Below, in pieces: positions 43,801 to 50,908 of a stretch of 64,000 nt of DNA. Made by a program: the position numbers and the translations under genes. The DNA is from a virus. Under the pieces are notes generated by a model. It worked only from the letters and a program-made list of their open reading frames with translations. It did no database searches and had not been told where the DNA came from. The stretch is taken from IMG/VR virus record IMGVR_UViG_3300050120_000135; one strand, given 5' to 3'. How positions within the stretch are numbered: the stretch's first letter is position 1; every line of letters begins with the position of its first letter.

Positions 43801-45333
43801 GTGGAGCATGATGAAGTGAATGCACGCCTGCAGCTGGTCGCGGAAGAACGATTCCTGGTAGGCGTGGATCCAGTCGTAGAACGCCCTGATCTCGCCCTCG
43901 GACGACGCGTTCAGCCCGGTCGGCGTAATGCCGAGCAGGATGATCAGCGGAATGCCCGACACCGACGACATCTGCTCCTGGCTTTGGGCCTGCAGCGCGT
44001 CGAGCGTGCCGAGCGGCGTCGAGACGTTGAAGAACTCCTCGGTATCCTTGTCGAGCGCGAACGCGCCGGCGTTCGAGCGCATAACGTTGAACAGTTCGAT
44101 GCGCTTTAGCGCTTCGACGCCGCCCTCCTGCAGGGAGCCGGCCATGTTCATATAGACGCCGCTGACCGAGAATGACTCGATCAGATCGGCCACCGCCTGC
44201 CTGGTGCGCAGCCAGTTGTCGACGTAGGGCTTCGCCATCTGCGACATCGACAAGCCGCCGAATGCATAGGCGGGCTTGAGAATGTCGGGCACTTCACGGC
44301 CGACAAAGCACATGAGACGCGAGCGATGGACTTCGATTCCGTTCGCGTACCAGCGATCGGGATTGTAGAAGCCCTCGCGCAGCGGGTTAGCGGCCTCGTA
44401 GGTCGCCGGATAGCACCACATCGGCTCGACACAGCGGAACGCCTTGATCGAGCCCTTGTGCACCTTGCCGCGGCTCGTGGCATTGCTGCCATTGCCAATC
44501 GACGACTTCAGCTCGACGTCGGCCTCCCTGCTGTCGTGCTTGAAGAACCGACCAGCACGCGGCTTGATGTCGATGAACAGGTGATATCGACCGAACCAGC
44601 CATCGCCCTCGGCGATATTGTAGAAGGCGTCCTTGAGCTTGAACTTGCGCATCGCATCTTCAAGTTCCTTGATGCGCTTCGCCTTCTCGGCGCTGGCTTT
44701 CGCCGCAACCGACTTCTGCACGCGGTCACGATCGGCCTGCTTCTGCTCTGCCGCCGTTGCGGCCGCGGCCTCCGGACCTTCGCCCGCCTCATCATCGAGC
44801 GGGTCGGCGCCGGCGGTCTCCTCGGTCAGCTGCTGGTCGGTCTCGCCAGTGTCCGCGCTGGTGGCGCTGACGACGTTCAACTTGATCCACTTGCGCGTCA
44901 TCTCGGTCGCAATGCGTTCCGAGATACGACGGTACTCCGGCCGCTGCGTCAGCTGCGCCAGATACGAATAGCCGATAAAGCCGATGCCTTCTTCGAACAG
45001 CGCACCGTCGCCACCGCCCCATTGCATCAGGCCTGCGAACGCGGTGCTGCCGAGCGCCTCGTCCAACGCCATCGGTTTGGTGTTCTTCGGCAGCACACCT
45101 GGCGGTGGCTCGAACGGCTGGAACGGGTTAGTGCCGGCGAACCCCGCAGCCTTCTTGCTCGCGCCTGCAGGCCTCAGCCGACGCGCATGCTCGATGACAG
45201 TGTCGCTGATTTTGAGCGGCTTCTTCTCGGCCGCGGTCGTTGCCGGCGCAGCTGCCTTCGCGCGCGCAGCCACCTTGGCCTCGCGCTTCGCACCCGCGCG
45301 ATTGAACCCGACGGGCAGCCTCGTCACTGTCAT
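40879..45333 (-). CDS. portal protein fused to a kinase-like domain and a C-terminal ADP-ribosyltransferase toxin domain (polyvalent protein)
   Basis: 1484 aa, ATGA-coupled to TerL. aa about 85-560 are portal-like (DUF1073/HI1409-like by recollection). aa 675-870 are kinase-like. aa 1340-1484 are ART-like: AYSGSHYVSVNNQLR, TTYRKA, FMSTS, SEAEVLF. Confidence 0.9.
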   Translation of the reverse strand: MTVTRLPVGFNRAGAKREAKVAARAKAAAPATTAAEKKPLKISDTVIEHARRLRPAGASKKAAGFAGTNPFQPFEPPPGVLPKNTKPMALDEALGSTAFAGLMQWGGGDGALFEEGIGFIGYSYLAQLTQRPEYRRISERIATEMTRKWIKLNVVSATSADTGETDQQLTEETAGADPLDDEAGEGPEAAAATAAEQKQADRDRVQKSVAAKASAEKAKRIKELEDAMRKFKLKDAFYNIAEGDGWFGRYHLFIDIKPRAGRFFKHDSREADVELKSSIGNGSNATSRGKVHKGSIKAFRCVEPMWCYPATYEAANPLREGFYNPDRWYANGIEVHRSRLMCFVGREVPDILKPAYAFGGLSMSQMAKPYVDNWLRTRQAVADLIESFSVSGVYMNMAGSLQEGGVEALKRIELFNVMRSNAGAFALDKDTEEFFNVSTPLGTLDALQAQSQEQMSSVSGIPLIILLGITPTGLNASSEGEIRAFYDWIHAYQESFFRDQLQACIHFIMLHLWGEIDEEITFEFEPLWSMTDKEKAEIDKIEAETDQVRIDSGVLDPGEVRKAVAAQPDSRYSDINPDDVPEQPTGGSEDPFGGGGDGGGEGGGEEPDRTVATDEAMIEAALAGDEWTEGDHPRADDGKFGSGGGGTTLKSSTAGKSRSTKPGASRSSQSSSYPLNVSKLKKQGGKLGSNEGGVYANDAGEKFYVKKPATKDHVTNEKTAAKLYKLAGVNTLDYREAGPDHVVTAWQDLDKNNISKFSAEEKKAAAADFAVHAWLSNWDAAGTGGDNQGMMAGKPHTLDVGGSLRYRAQGGPKGNAFGDKVTELDTMRDKSMSPDAARLFGSMSDADLKSSIERVTSIPDDKIRSAVGDDKALADRLIARKQDMARRFSIAQDEDADVAIMEAALDQAELVTAPSAGIPIAAMRRRKKKGERAQDILFSPLAGDDDEGMTEVAPDVFAMDEGQFDESKHPRSPDGKFGSGGGSGAAKKEDNSVDELENLLLPGHPDHPDTAALNASKAAASQFKTKKEHIAHLLTNGVTPKELMTTMGWPSVSMPAQAKSLGMKLEKKDGKYFGTKMSAEELAAEKAAQQDKISKQVAEKKQADAGLAAMAGKPAPKLNEAPKPAEGATYTPPKDYPAFLGAIADAVDKKDAYAIEGLLKYNPAWAEKFVDAASPAGKAAIAKVAPGAISEKSKAPKATEAELKKAAKSTTLPISTSAPAGVTLIKEFNDKYAGKNDLTPEQLNQKVQDYKDLTAMLPKVQAEYDSASKAEKAATEKKAVEDAKKKAEAKLAKDKAELQAEFDKDPALKLHYEAAEAMFGGAKASEAYIKSAFNKVKSAGLTKYMTAADAVPIIAYSGSHYVSVNNQLRAGKMTEAQDKFRRSLNAGLDKLPSHNETTYRKASLDSQQSALYEVGYVVEERGFMSTSKNQGTWSGDHNFTVHGKNGKDIQKLSSHPSEAEVLFKSGSRFKVVSRSGNNIVLQEV
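40882..41316 (-). other. ADP-ribosyltransferase (R-S-E, C3/VIP2-like) domain of the portal fusion
   Basis: Arg in TTYRKA, the STS motif in GFMSTS, and ExE in PSEAEVLF, in canonical order and spacing. Confidence 0.8.
42724..43311 (-). other. protein-kinase-like domain of the portal fusion
   Basis: GSNEGGVY (Gly loop), FYVKKP (Lys), NEKTAAKLY (Glu), HAWLSNWD (catalytic-loop-like) and LDVGGS (DFG-like). Resembles atypical actin-fragmin/PI-kinase-like kinases. Confidence 0.5.
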
Positions 45334-46994
45334 CGGCGGCGCCGGCGAGGCATGGCAGCCGCAGCCGCGAGAAGCTCGTCTGAAATCTTCATCGGCTTCC
45401 TCTCGACGCGCGCGAACAGCATCATGACGGCGTCCGCAAGGTTGGGCGACTTCACGCCGTCGGGCTGCTTGTTAATCAGCATCTTGCCGATCGTACTTTG
45501 CCCGTAGGTCGGCTGCGTGAGCTCGCCGACCAGCTTCGTGAAGTACGGCATGTTCGACGGTATGCAGATGATATCGTCGTGGCTGCAGGGTTTGCCTTCC
45601 TTGATAAGCCGGTAGGTATTGCGGAAGCGTGTCCGCAAATTCCACCAGCCCTGCGCCTTGCTGTTTTGGTAGTAGTCCTTGTTCTTGCGGCCCTTGACGT
45701 CTTCGCCATCGGGATCGAATGGCGATGCCGAACCGCGGAAGGCGATAACCTCGAGCTCGGCGATCTTCTCGCGCGCACGGGCTTCGTTTAAGATTCGAGC
45801 GTCGCCGCGAGCGCCGGCGCCGAGACCGTCGCCATCGTATTTGAACCGCGTGACGCCGTTCTTATCGGCCATAGCGAAGGCTTGCGCCACGCTGTCGAAA
45901 ATATCGCCGTCCTGCCCGGTCGGCCATTCGCGCAGGTCCGTCAGACGCACGCCATGCGCGGCGACGAACGCACAAAGGTCCGCGCCCTGGTCCGCGATGT
46001 CGAGAGCACCATGGCGATCGCCAGTCGGCACGAGACCGATTTTCTGATCCGCGTCGACCGCGGCCATCACCCATGCGTGCGGAATAACGACGCCGGTGAC
46101 CGACGCGTCGTAGTTAATATCGATCTCCTGCGCGATCACGACAGGGTCGTCGATATCCTCGATCTGCTTTTGATACCACGCCTCGTCTTTGCGTGGATCA
46201 TCACGCCAATGCAGCGTGAAGACTTCGACCTTGCCGCTGTGCCGGCGCACGGAGAACGAATTGCCGCGGCCCTTCGGTGTCGAGATGTCCTGCCGGCAGT
46301 TGGTCGTCTGCGACAGCGCGAAGTCGACCGACTTCGGGTTCAGCAGATGCGAGCTCTCGTCGACGAAGTAAATGCCCTTTCGATCGCCGCGGCCGATGTT
46401 GTCACCCGACTGGCCCGTCATGGTCGAGCCGTTGGGGAACAGAATGCGCATGTGCGGCGCGTGGCGGTCTTTGTCCCAAGTGCCTTTGAACTCCCGCGGG
46501 AGCTCCTGCATGAAGATGCGGGCTTTCCAGAACAGCGACTTCGGCTCGCCGAGCTTGTCGACGTAGTCCTCGGTCACGGAGCCGTAGCCGATGTTCATGC
46601 CTGCGTGAAACAGGCAAAGCGTGCAGCCGAGCGCTACCTCCAACCAGGATAGCCCGCCATCTCGCGACTTGTCGGTGAGACCAGGCTTGCGCTCTTTCCA
46701 TTTGCGCACGACGAACTTCAGCCACTCGACCTGCTTGTCGAACATGACGAACGGCATCATCGGGTCGGCGCCAATTTCAACGCGCCGCGGGTCGACCGTC
46801 ACTCCCCAATCGCTGATGAAGTCCCACGGGTTTTCCCGGTAGTGCTCACGAAGCCCGGCGAGCAGCGCCTCGCGATCGCGCTTCGGCATCGAGCGTATCG
46901 AAGCCAGCCGATCGGCGCGCTGCTGCCAGATGGCAGCGTAACCAGGCTCAGGGTTTTTCCAGTCGAAGGCGACGGCCTTCTTGGCCCTAGCCAC
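45330..46994 (-). CDS. terminase large subunit
   Basis: 554 aa. Lies upstream of the portal. ATPase/nuclease-type motifs such as GIYFVDESSHL. Confidence 0.9.
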   Translation of the reverse strand: MARAKKAVAFDWKNPEPGYAAIWQQRADRLASIRSMPKRDREALLAGLREHYRENPWDFISDWGVTVDPRRVEIGADPMMPFVMFDKQVEWLKFVVRKWKERKPGLTDKSRDGGLSWLEVALGCTLCLFHAGMNIGYGSVTEDYVDKLGEPKSLFWKARIFMQELPREFKGTWDKDRHAPHMRILFPNGSTMTGQSGDNIGRGDRKGIYFVDESSHLLNPKSVDFALSQTTNCRQDISTPKGRGNSFSVRRHSGKVEVFTLHWRDDPRKDEAWYQKQIEDIDDPVVIAQEIDINYDASVTGVVIPHAWVMAAVDADQKIGLVPTGDRHGALDIADQGADLCAFVAAHGVRLTDLREWPTGQDGDIFDSVAQAFAMADKNGVTRFKYDGDGLGAGARGDARILNEARAREKIAELEVIAFRGSASPFDPDGEDVKGRKNKDYYQNSKAQGWWNLRTRFRNTYRLIKEGKPCSHDDIICIPSNMPYFTKLVGELTQPTYGQSTIGKMLINKQPDGVKSPNLADAVMMLFARVERKPMKISDELLAAAAAMPRRRRR

Positions 46995-47493
46995 CGGCTG
47001 CCTTCTTGCCGATCTTCTTGCCGCCGACCAGCTGCGCCGCCGGCGCCACGTCGATCACGTCCGAATCCCGCAACAGCCGATAGGCCTCCTGCGGCGTCAA
47101 CCGATTGCCGGCGCCCTGGCTGTCGCCGTGGTGCACGTCCATCGAGCCCACCGGCATTTCCGGCAGCTGGATAATCCCCTTGAACTTCGGCGACTGGTAC
47201 GGCGCGAGCTCGGCGGCAAAGCCACCGGCCAGCTTCGCATATTCAATAAACTTGGCCTCGTCCGGCTGCTGGCCGTTCATGGCTACAACGCCCGCAGGAA
47301 GCGGCTGGTACTTCGCCGCCATGCCAAGGCAAAGGAACATCAGGTCGTCGAGAACCTCACGGGCGAGCTTCTTACCCGGCCTGCCGGCCTGCTCGGCGGC
47401 AATCCGCTGCGCGATCAGCGCGCGCTCCATGCTCGCCTTGCTCGGCCCCCGCTTTCGACCAGCGTTCGGTCGTGCGCCGCCCTTGCCTGCCAT
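46987..47493 (-). CDS. terminase small subunit
   Basis: 168 aa. N-terminal GGARPNAGRKRGP is typical of small terminases. Overlaps the TerL start. Confidence 0.75.
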   Translation of the reverse strand: MAGKGGARPNAGRKRGPSKASMERALIAQRIAAEQAGRPGKKLAREVLDDLMFLCLGMAAKYQPLPAGVVAMNGQQPDEAKFIEYAKLAGGFAAELAPYQSPKFKGIIQLPEMPVGSMDVHHGDSQGAGNRLTPQEAYRLLRDSDVIDVAPAAQLVGGKKIGKKAAGG

Positions 47494-47559
47494 CTAGCAA
47501 ACTTTCAATCTATTCAATCGCTCGTCCGGCGTGCCCGGCTCGACCTATGGAGCCTACGG

Positions 47560-47703
47560 CTACCAATACTTCACGGCGAAGTGGCCGACGGTGTAAGCAA
47601 CGAAGCCCCAAAATGCGAAAGCGATCAGGACAGCGGCGCCAACGAGGAACGGAGCGGCAGCCATGCAGCGCTGTGCGGCTGTTCTGCGGTAGTTCGGAAA
47701 CAT
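47560..47703 (-). CDS. small membrane protein (47 aa)
   Basis: Internal ATG MFPNYRR... of ORF 47560..47751. One TM helix. Confidence 0.4.
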   Translation of the reverse strand: MFPNYRRTAAQRCMAAAPFLVGAAVLIAFAFWGFVAYTVGHFAVKYW

Positions 47704-47826
47704 GGGGCGGGCCTCGCGAGCGTGGTTAGCGGGGGGCTCCGCCCCCGCCACGGGCCCCGTTAGGGGGTTGTTAACGTCTCTACGCCAATCTGCTCACGGA
47801 CACGATATCAAACCGGAGCGCGCCAA

Positions 47827-47916
47827 ATGCGAAACACCCTTGAATTCTACGCCGTCGGGATCCCCGCCGCCTGCCTGGTCGGCGCCATCCTTGCCGTGGT
47901 GCTGCAATGGCTCTGA
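47827..47916 (+). CDS. possible 29 aa hydrophobic peptide
   Basis: GGAG lies 8 nt upstream. MRNTLEFYAVGIPAACLVGAILAVVLQWL. Isolated on the plus strand, so weak. Confidence 0.2.
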   Translation: MRNTLEFYAVGIPAACLVGAILAVVLQWL

Positions 47917-47942
47917 CGTGCCCCTGCGGAGCCCGCCGCCTG

Positions 47943-48182
47943 CTATGCGGCTGCTGCCTCTCCGGATGTGCCTGCCTCGACCATGCACCGCACCGCGAGC
48001 TCGGCTGCCGCCCGGGCGATAGCCTCCCCCTCGGCCGTACCCTCGAGTCGGCCGTCCACGTAGAGCAGCCACCCGCCGGTGAGCCCGCCCCGGCCCGCGG
48101 CCTCCCGCACGTATAGCTCCGCGGTCCCGGCCTTCAGGTACCCGCCCCTGACCTTGCCGTGCGTGACTTCCCAAAGCGGCAT
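47943..48182 (-). CDS. hypothetical protein (79 aa), divergent from the 48285 operon
   Basis: Internal ATG MPLWEVTHGKVRGGYLK... of ORF 47943..48284. Confidence 0.4.
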   Translation of the reverse strand: MPLWEVTHGKVRGGYLKAGTAELYVREAAGRGGLTGGWLLYVDGRLEGTAEGEAIARAAAELAVRCMVEAGTSGEAAAA

Positions 48183-48224
48183 AGCGCGGCCTCGAACATT
48201 TGCTGTTGCATCGTCCCGCGAACT

Positions 48225-48241
48225 ACTATACCGTGAGTTTA
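48225..48241 (+). promoter_or_regulatory. conserved promoter-like motif, copy 1 (ACTATACCGTGAGTTTA)
   Basis: Identical 17-mer also at 49834-49850. TTGCAT lies 15 nt upstream of TATACC. 44 nt before the ATG at 48285. Confidence 0.55.
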
Positions 48242-48284
48242 GTGGAGCCGGACGGCACCACGCTTTCAAACGGCCGGAGGCCAA

Positions 48285-48527
48285 ATGAACTTCTCACACG
48301 CCCAACTTCGGATACTGCGGCGCGCGGCCGGTCGCGAGACCGGCTACATCTGCCCGACGCCCGGCATTCACGCCGGCGCGCAAGACATGGTGCTTCGCGC
48401 GCTGGAGCGCCGCGGCCTTATCAAATGGGCTGTCGACTTCAACTTCGAACCCGTGCTGCCCGTCATTTCCGGATGCGGCCGATTGATCGACATCGTCGCC
48501 AGCTTGGGAGCGCTCCACAATGATTGA
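48285..48527 (+). CDS. hypothetical protein (80 aa)
   Basis: GGAGG RBS upstream. ORF track entry. Confidence 0.6.
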   Translation: MNFSHAQLRILRRAAGRETGYICPTPGIHAGAQDMVLRALERRGLIKWAVDFNFEPVLPVISGCGRLIDIVASLGALHND

Positions 48528-48765
48528 CCCGGTCGAATATACCCGGCTGATCGCCGTGCTCGAAAACGCCAAGTCGGTTCGCTCGATCGGCCTGACCGAA
48601 AAACGCATCGACATTCTGGTCGACACCCTCACCGTCGCGAGCTCCGGCATTGTCGAAGCGCTAGAGCAGCTGCTGAACTACACCGGCGGATGGGACCTTA
48701 CGGATCCCACTCACCCGATCGTCATTGCGCGAACCGCGCTCGTCAAAGCGCGGGAGGCACGCTGA
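48520..48765 (+). CDS. hypothetical protein (81 aa)
   Basis: ORF track entry. Overlaps its neighbours. Confidence 0.6.
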   Translation: MIDPVEYTRLIAVLENAKSVRSIGLTEKRIDILVDTLTVASSGIVEALEQLLNYTGGWDLTDPTHPIVIARTALVKAREAR

Positions 48766-49457
48766 TGAAGATCCTCGTAGGCTGCGAAACCTCCGGCATT
48801 GTTCGCAATGCCATGGCCGCTCTCGGTCACGACGTCTGGTCGGTCGACCTGCTGCCGGCGGAAGACCGCACCAACCGCCACATCATCGGCGACGTGCGCG
48901 ACTATCTGAACGACGGTTGGGACATGCTCGCCGTCATGCACCCGCCCTGCACGCGGCTTTGCAATAGCGGCGTGCGCTGGCTGCGCGAGCCGCCGACCAA
49001 GTTGGATGCCAGCACCTATCCGCTCGCCACCGTGATGGCGTACCGAACCTGGTCGCGTGCCGAACGGCTCGCGTTCATGTGGGACGAGCTCGGCAAGGGC
49101 GCCGATCTATTCTCAAAATGCTGGAACGCGCCGATCGAGAAGATCGCGCTCGAAAACCCGATCATGCACGGCCACGCCAAGGCGCTGATCGAGAACTACG
49201 AGCCGCCGGCGCAGTTTGTTCAACCTCACTGGTTCGGCCATCGCGAATTCAAGGCGACGGGGCTTTATCTGAAGAAGCTGCGCCCGCTGGTACCGACGAA
49301 CAAACTGATACCGCCGAAGTCGGGCACGAAAGAGCATCGCGCATGGTCGAAGGTGCACAACGCGCGCCCAGGCCCGAACCGCTGGAAAGAGCGGTCGAAG
49401 TTCTTCACTGGAATCGCAAACGCAATGGCCCTGCAGTGGGCCGGGGAGGCAGCATGA
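48765..49457 (+). CDS. C5-methyltransferase-like protein (PPC motif), function uncertain
   Basis: 230 aa from MKILVGCETSGIVRNAM. HPPCTRLCNSG resembles motif IV of cytosine-5 methyltransferases. Confidence 0.55.
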   Translation: MKILVGCETSGIVRNAMAALGHDVWSVDLLPAEDRTNRHIIGDVRDYLNDGWDMLAVMHPPCTRLCNSGVRWLREPPTKLDASTYPLATVMAYRTWSRAERLAFMWDELGKGADLFSKCWNAPIEKIALENPIMHGHAKALIENYEPPAQFVQPHWFGHREFKATGLYLKKLRPLVPTNKLIPPKSGTKEHRAWSKVHNARPGPNRWKERSKFFTGIANAMALQWAGEAA

Positions 49458-49627
49458 AGTTCAAACAGTGCGATCTGGCTGACTGCAGCCGGGACTATCT
49501 CGAACATCTCGCGGCCGAGCTCGAGCTCCAGGCCGCGGCCGGCAAGCCAATCAACCGCGAATTCCTCGACCAAGTGCGCGCTGCCATCCCGACGGCACCG
49601 CCGTACTTTGTCCTGCACGCGTACTGA
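49454..49627 (+). CDS. hypothetical protein (57 aa)
   Basis: ATGA-coupled ATG (MKFKQCDLADC...). Confidence 0.45.
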   Translation: MKFKQCDLADCSRDYLEHLAAELELQAAAGKPINREFLDQVRAAIPTAPPYFVLHAY

Positions 49628-49629
49628 AC

Positions 49630-49818
49630 ATGATGCTCGAACCCTACGACGTCGAACTCCTCGTCGAGGCCCTCGCCCATCGCGCTGGCCGACTCGAGTC
49701 CATGGCTGCCCGCAACAGGTTTGGCCGCAACAACGACGAGAAGGCCGGCGACATGCGCCGGCTTCGTACCCGGATAATCGAACTTCGACCTCGAACAATT
49801 GTTGCAAATAACAGTTGA
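49630..49818 (+). CDS. hypothetical protein (62 aa)
   Basis: ORF track entry. Confidence 0.5.
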   Translation: MMLEPYDVELLVEALAHRAGRLESMAARNRFGRNNDEKAGDMRRLRTRIIELRPRTIVANNS

Positions 49819-49833
49819 TGCGCCGCTCGGCTT

Positions 49834-49850
49834 ACTATACCGTGAGTTTA
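49834..49850 (+). promoter_or_regulatory. conserved promoter-like motif, copy 2
   Basis: ACTATACCGTGAGTTTA. TTGATG lies 15 nt upstream of TATACC. 26 nt before the ATG at 49876. Confidence 0.55.
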
Positions 49851-49875
49851 CTAACCCGCCCATTGGAGGAAGCCA

Positions 49876-50037
49876 ATGTTCAAACTCACCGCCAAAGACC
49901 TGAAGACCGCCCCGCTGTCCCTTCTGACCGCGCTGGCTATCTCACTCGCCCGCGATATCGACCGCGGCGCCACTGAATTGCGCGCCGAGCTCGAACTCGT
50001 GATGGCGCTGGTGCCGAACGCCCCGGTGCTCGCATGA
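49876..50037 (+). CDS. hypothetical protein (53 aa)
   Basis: GGAGGA RBS upstream. ATGA-coupled to the next gene. Not in the ORF track. Confidence 0.5.
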   Translation: MFKLTAKDLKTAPLSLLTALAISLARDIDRGATELRAELELVMALVPNAPVLA

Positions 50038-50465
50038 CGGACGCCGGCAAAATCACCGACGCCGGTCAGGCGCTGAAGTTCATGCTGGCCGGCAACGCCA
50101 CGTTCACCGTGCGAAGCGAAGCCACCGGCAACCATCTGACGTTCCAGGTGCGCAACTGGAAAAAGGCCAAGCACGGCACCATGCACTTCGTCAGCGTGCG
50201 CACCGGCAACGACTACGCCAAGATCGGCGTGGTGCGCGATCGCACGGACCTAAGCCTCGGCGGTAGCCGATCGGACTTGCCGTATGAAGACCCGCGGGTC
50301 CGCGGCTTCGGCTACGTGTTCGACCATCTGAAGCGCGACGTCATGCCGCCGAAGGCCGAGATTTGGCACGAAGGTACATGCGGCCGGTGTGGCAAGGCGT
50401 TGACGGACCCGGTAAGCATTTCTTCCGGCTTGGGACCCGAGTGTCGAAAGAAGACTGGACTATGA
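50034..50465 (+). CDS. hypothetical protein with C-terminal DUF6011-like zinc-ribbon motif
   Basis: 143 aa. CGRCGKALTDPVSISSGLGPEC. Confidence 0.65.
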   Translation: MTDAGKITDAGQALKFMLAGNATFTVRSEATGNHLTFQVRNWKKAKHGTMHFVSVRTGNDYAKIGVVRDRTDLSLGGSRSDLPYEDPRVRGFGYVFDHLKRDVMPPKAEIWHEGTCGRCGKALTDPVSISSGLGPECRKKTGL

Positions 50466-50908
50466 GAAAAGCAACCTGCCAACACTGCGGCGGACCAAAA
50501 GACCGGCGCTCTATTCAGTGCCGCGCATGCAAAGACATGCCGGCGTCGATGACAAAAAGGCCGCATAGCCCCGGAGGCCTGACGACGGACGAGGAGCCCG
50601 GAGCAATTATCTGCTCCGGGCTTTTTCTATGGTGCCGCGGGCCGCCTCGCGCTGGCTTCCCGCGGTCTCGACCGTGCGCCCGGCCGCGAGCCTACTACCG
50701 GATTGTTTTATACCTTCGCCCCGCCGGTTGCGCGTCCAGTGGCAGAGCATGCGAACCCGGATTCGCTTGGCAATCATGCAGCCTTGCGGCTGCGCTCTTT
50801 GACGACCTGCTCGAACGTCTTCTTCGTGCCCTGCAGCATCGCCTTCTTGCCGGTGAACTTGCACCATCGGCGAACCGCGGCATCGATATAGTGCGGCGAC
50901 ATCTCTGA
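50462..50908 (+). CDS. small CxxC protein; 3' end unreliable (frame runs through a terminator)
   Basis: ATGA-coupled MRKATCQHCGGPKDRRSIQCRAC... There is no in-frame stop before 50908, although a strong terminator sits at 50595-50628. Confidence 0.3.
   Translation: MRKATCQHCGGPKDRRSIQCRACKDMPASMTKRPHSPGGLTTDEEPGAIICSGLFLWCRGPPRAGFPRSRPCARPRAYYRIVLYLRPAGCASSGRACEPGFAWQSCSLAAALFDDLLERLLRALQHRLLAGELAPSANRGIDIVRRHL
50595..50628 (+). terminator. rho-independent terminator of the 48285-50590 plus-strand operon
   Basis: AGCCCGGAGC-AATTATCT-GCTCCGGGCT followed by TTTTCT. Confidence 0.7.

Noticed and set aside
41152-44109. 985 aa ORF on the plus strand, antisense to the portal fusion gene
   Set aside because: The composition is extreme in Arg, Leu, Gly and Val, with no motifs. 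It is a typical shadow ORF of a high-GC gene, and the minus-strand frame has clear portal, kinase and ART motifs.
47794-48174. 126 aa minus-strand ORF overlapping 47943..48182
   Set aside because: It is extremely Arg/Gly-rich. The alternative frame beginning MPLWEVTHGK... looks more protein-like, although that frame is itself only weakly supported.
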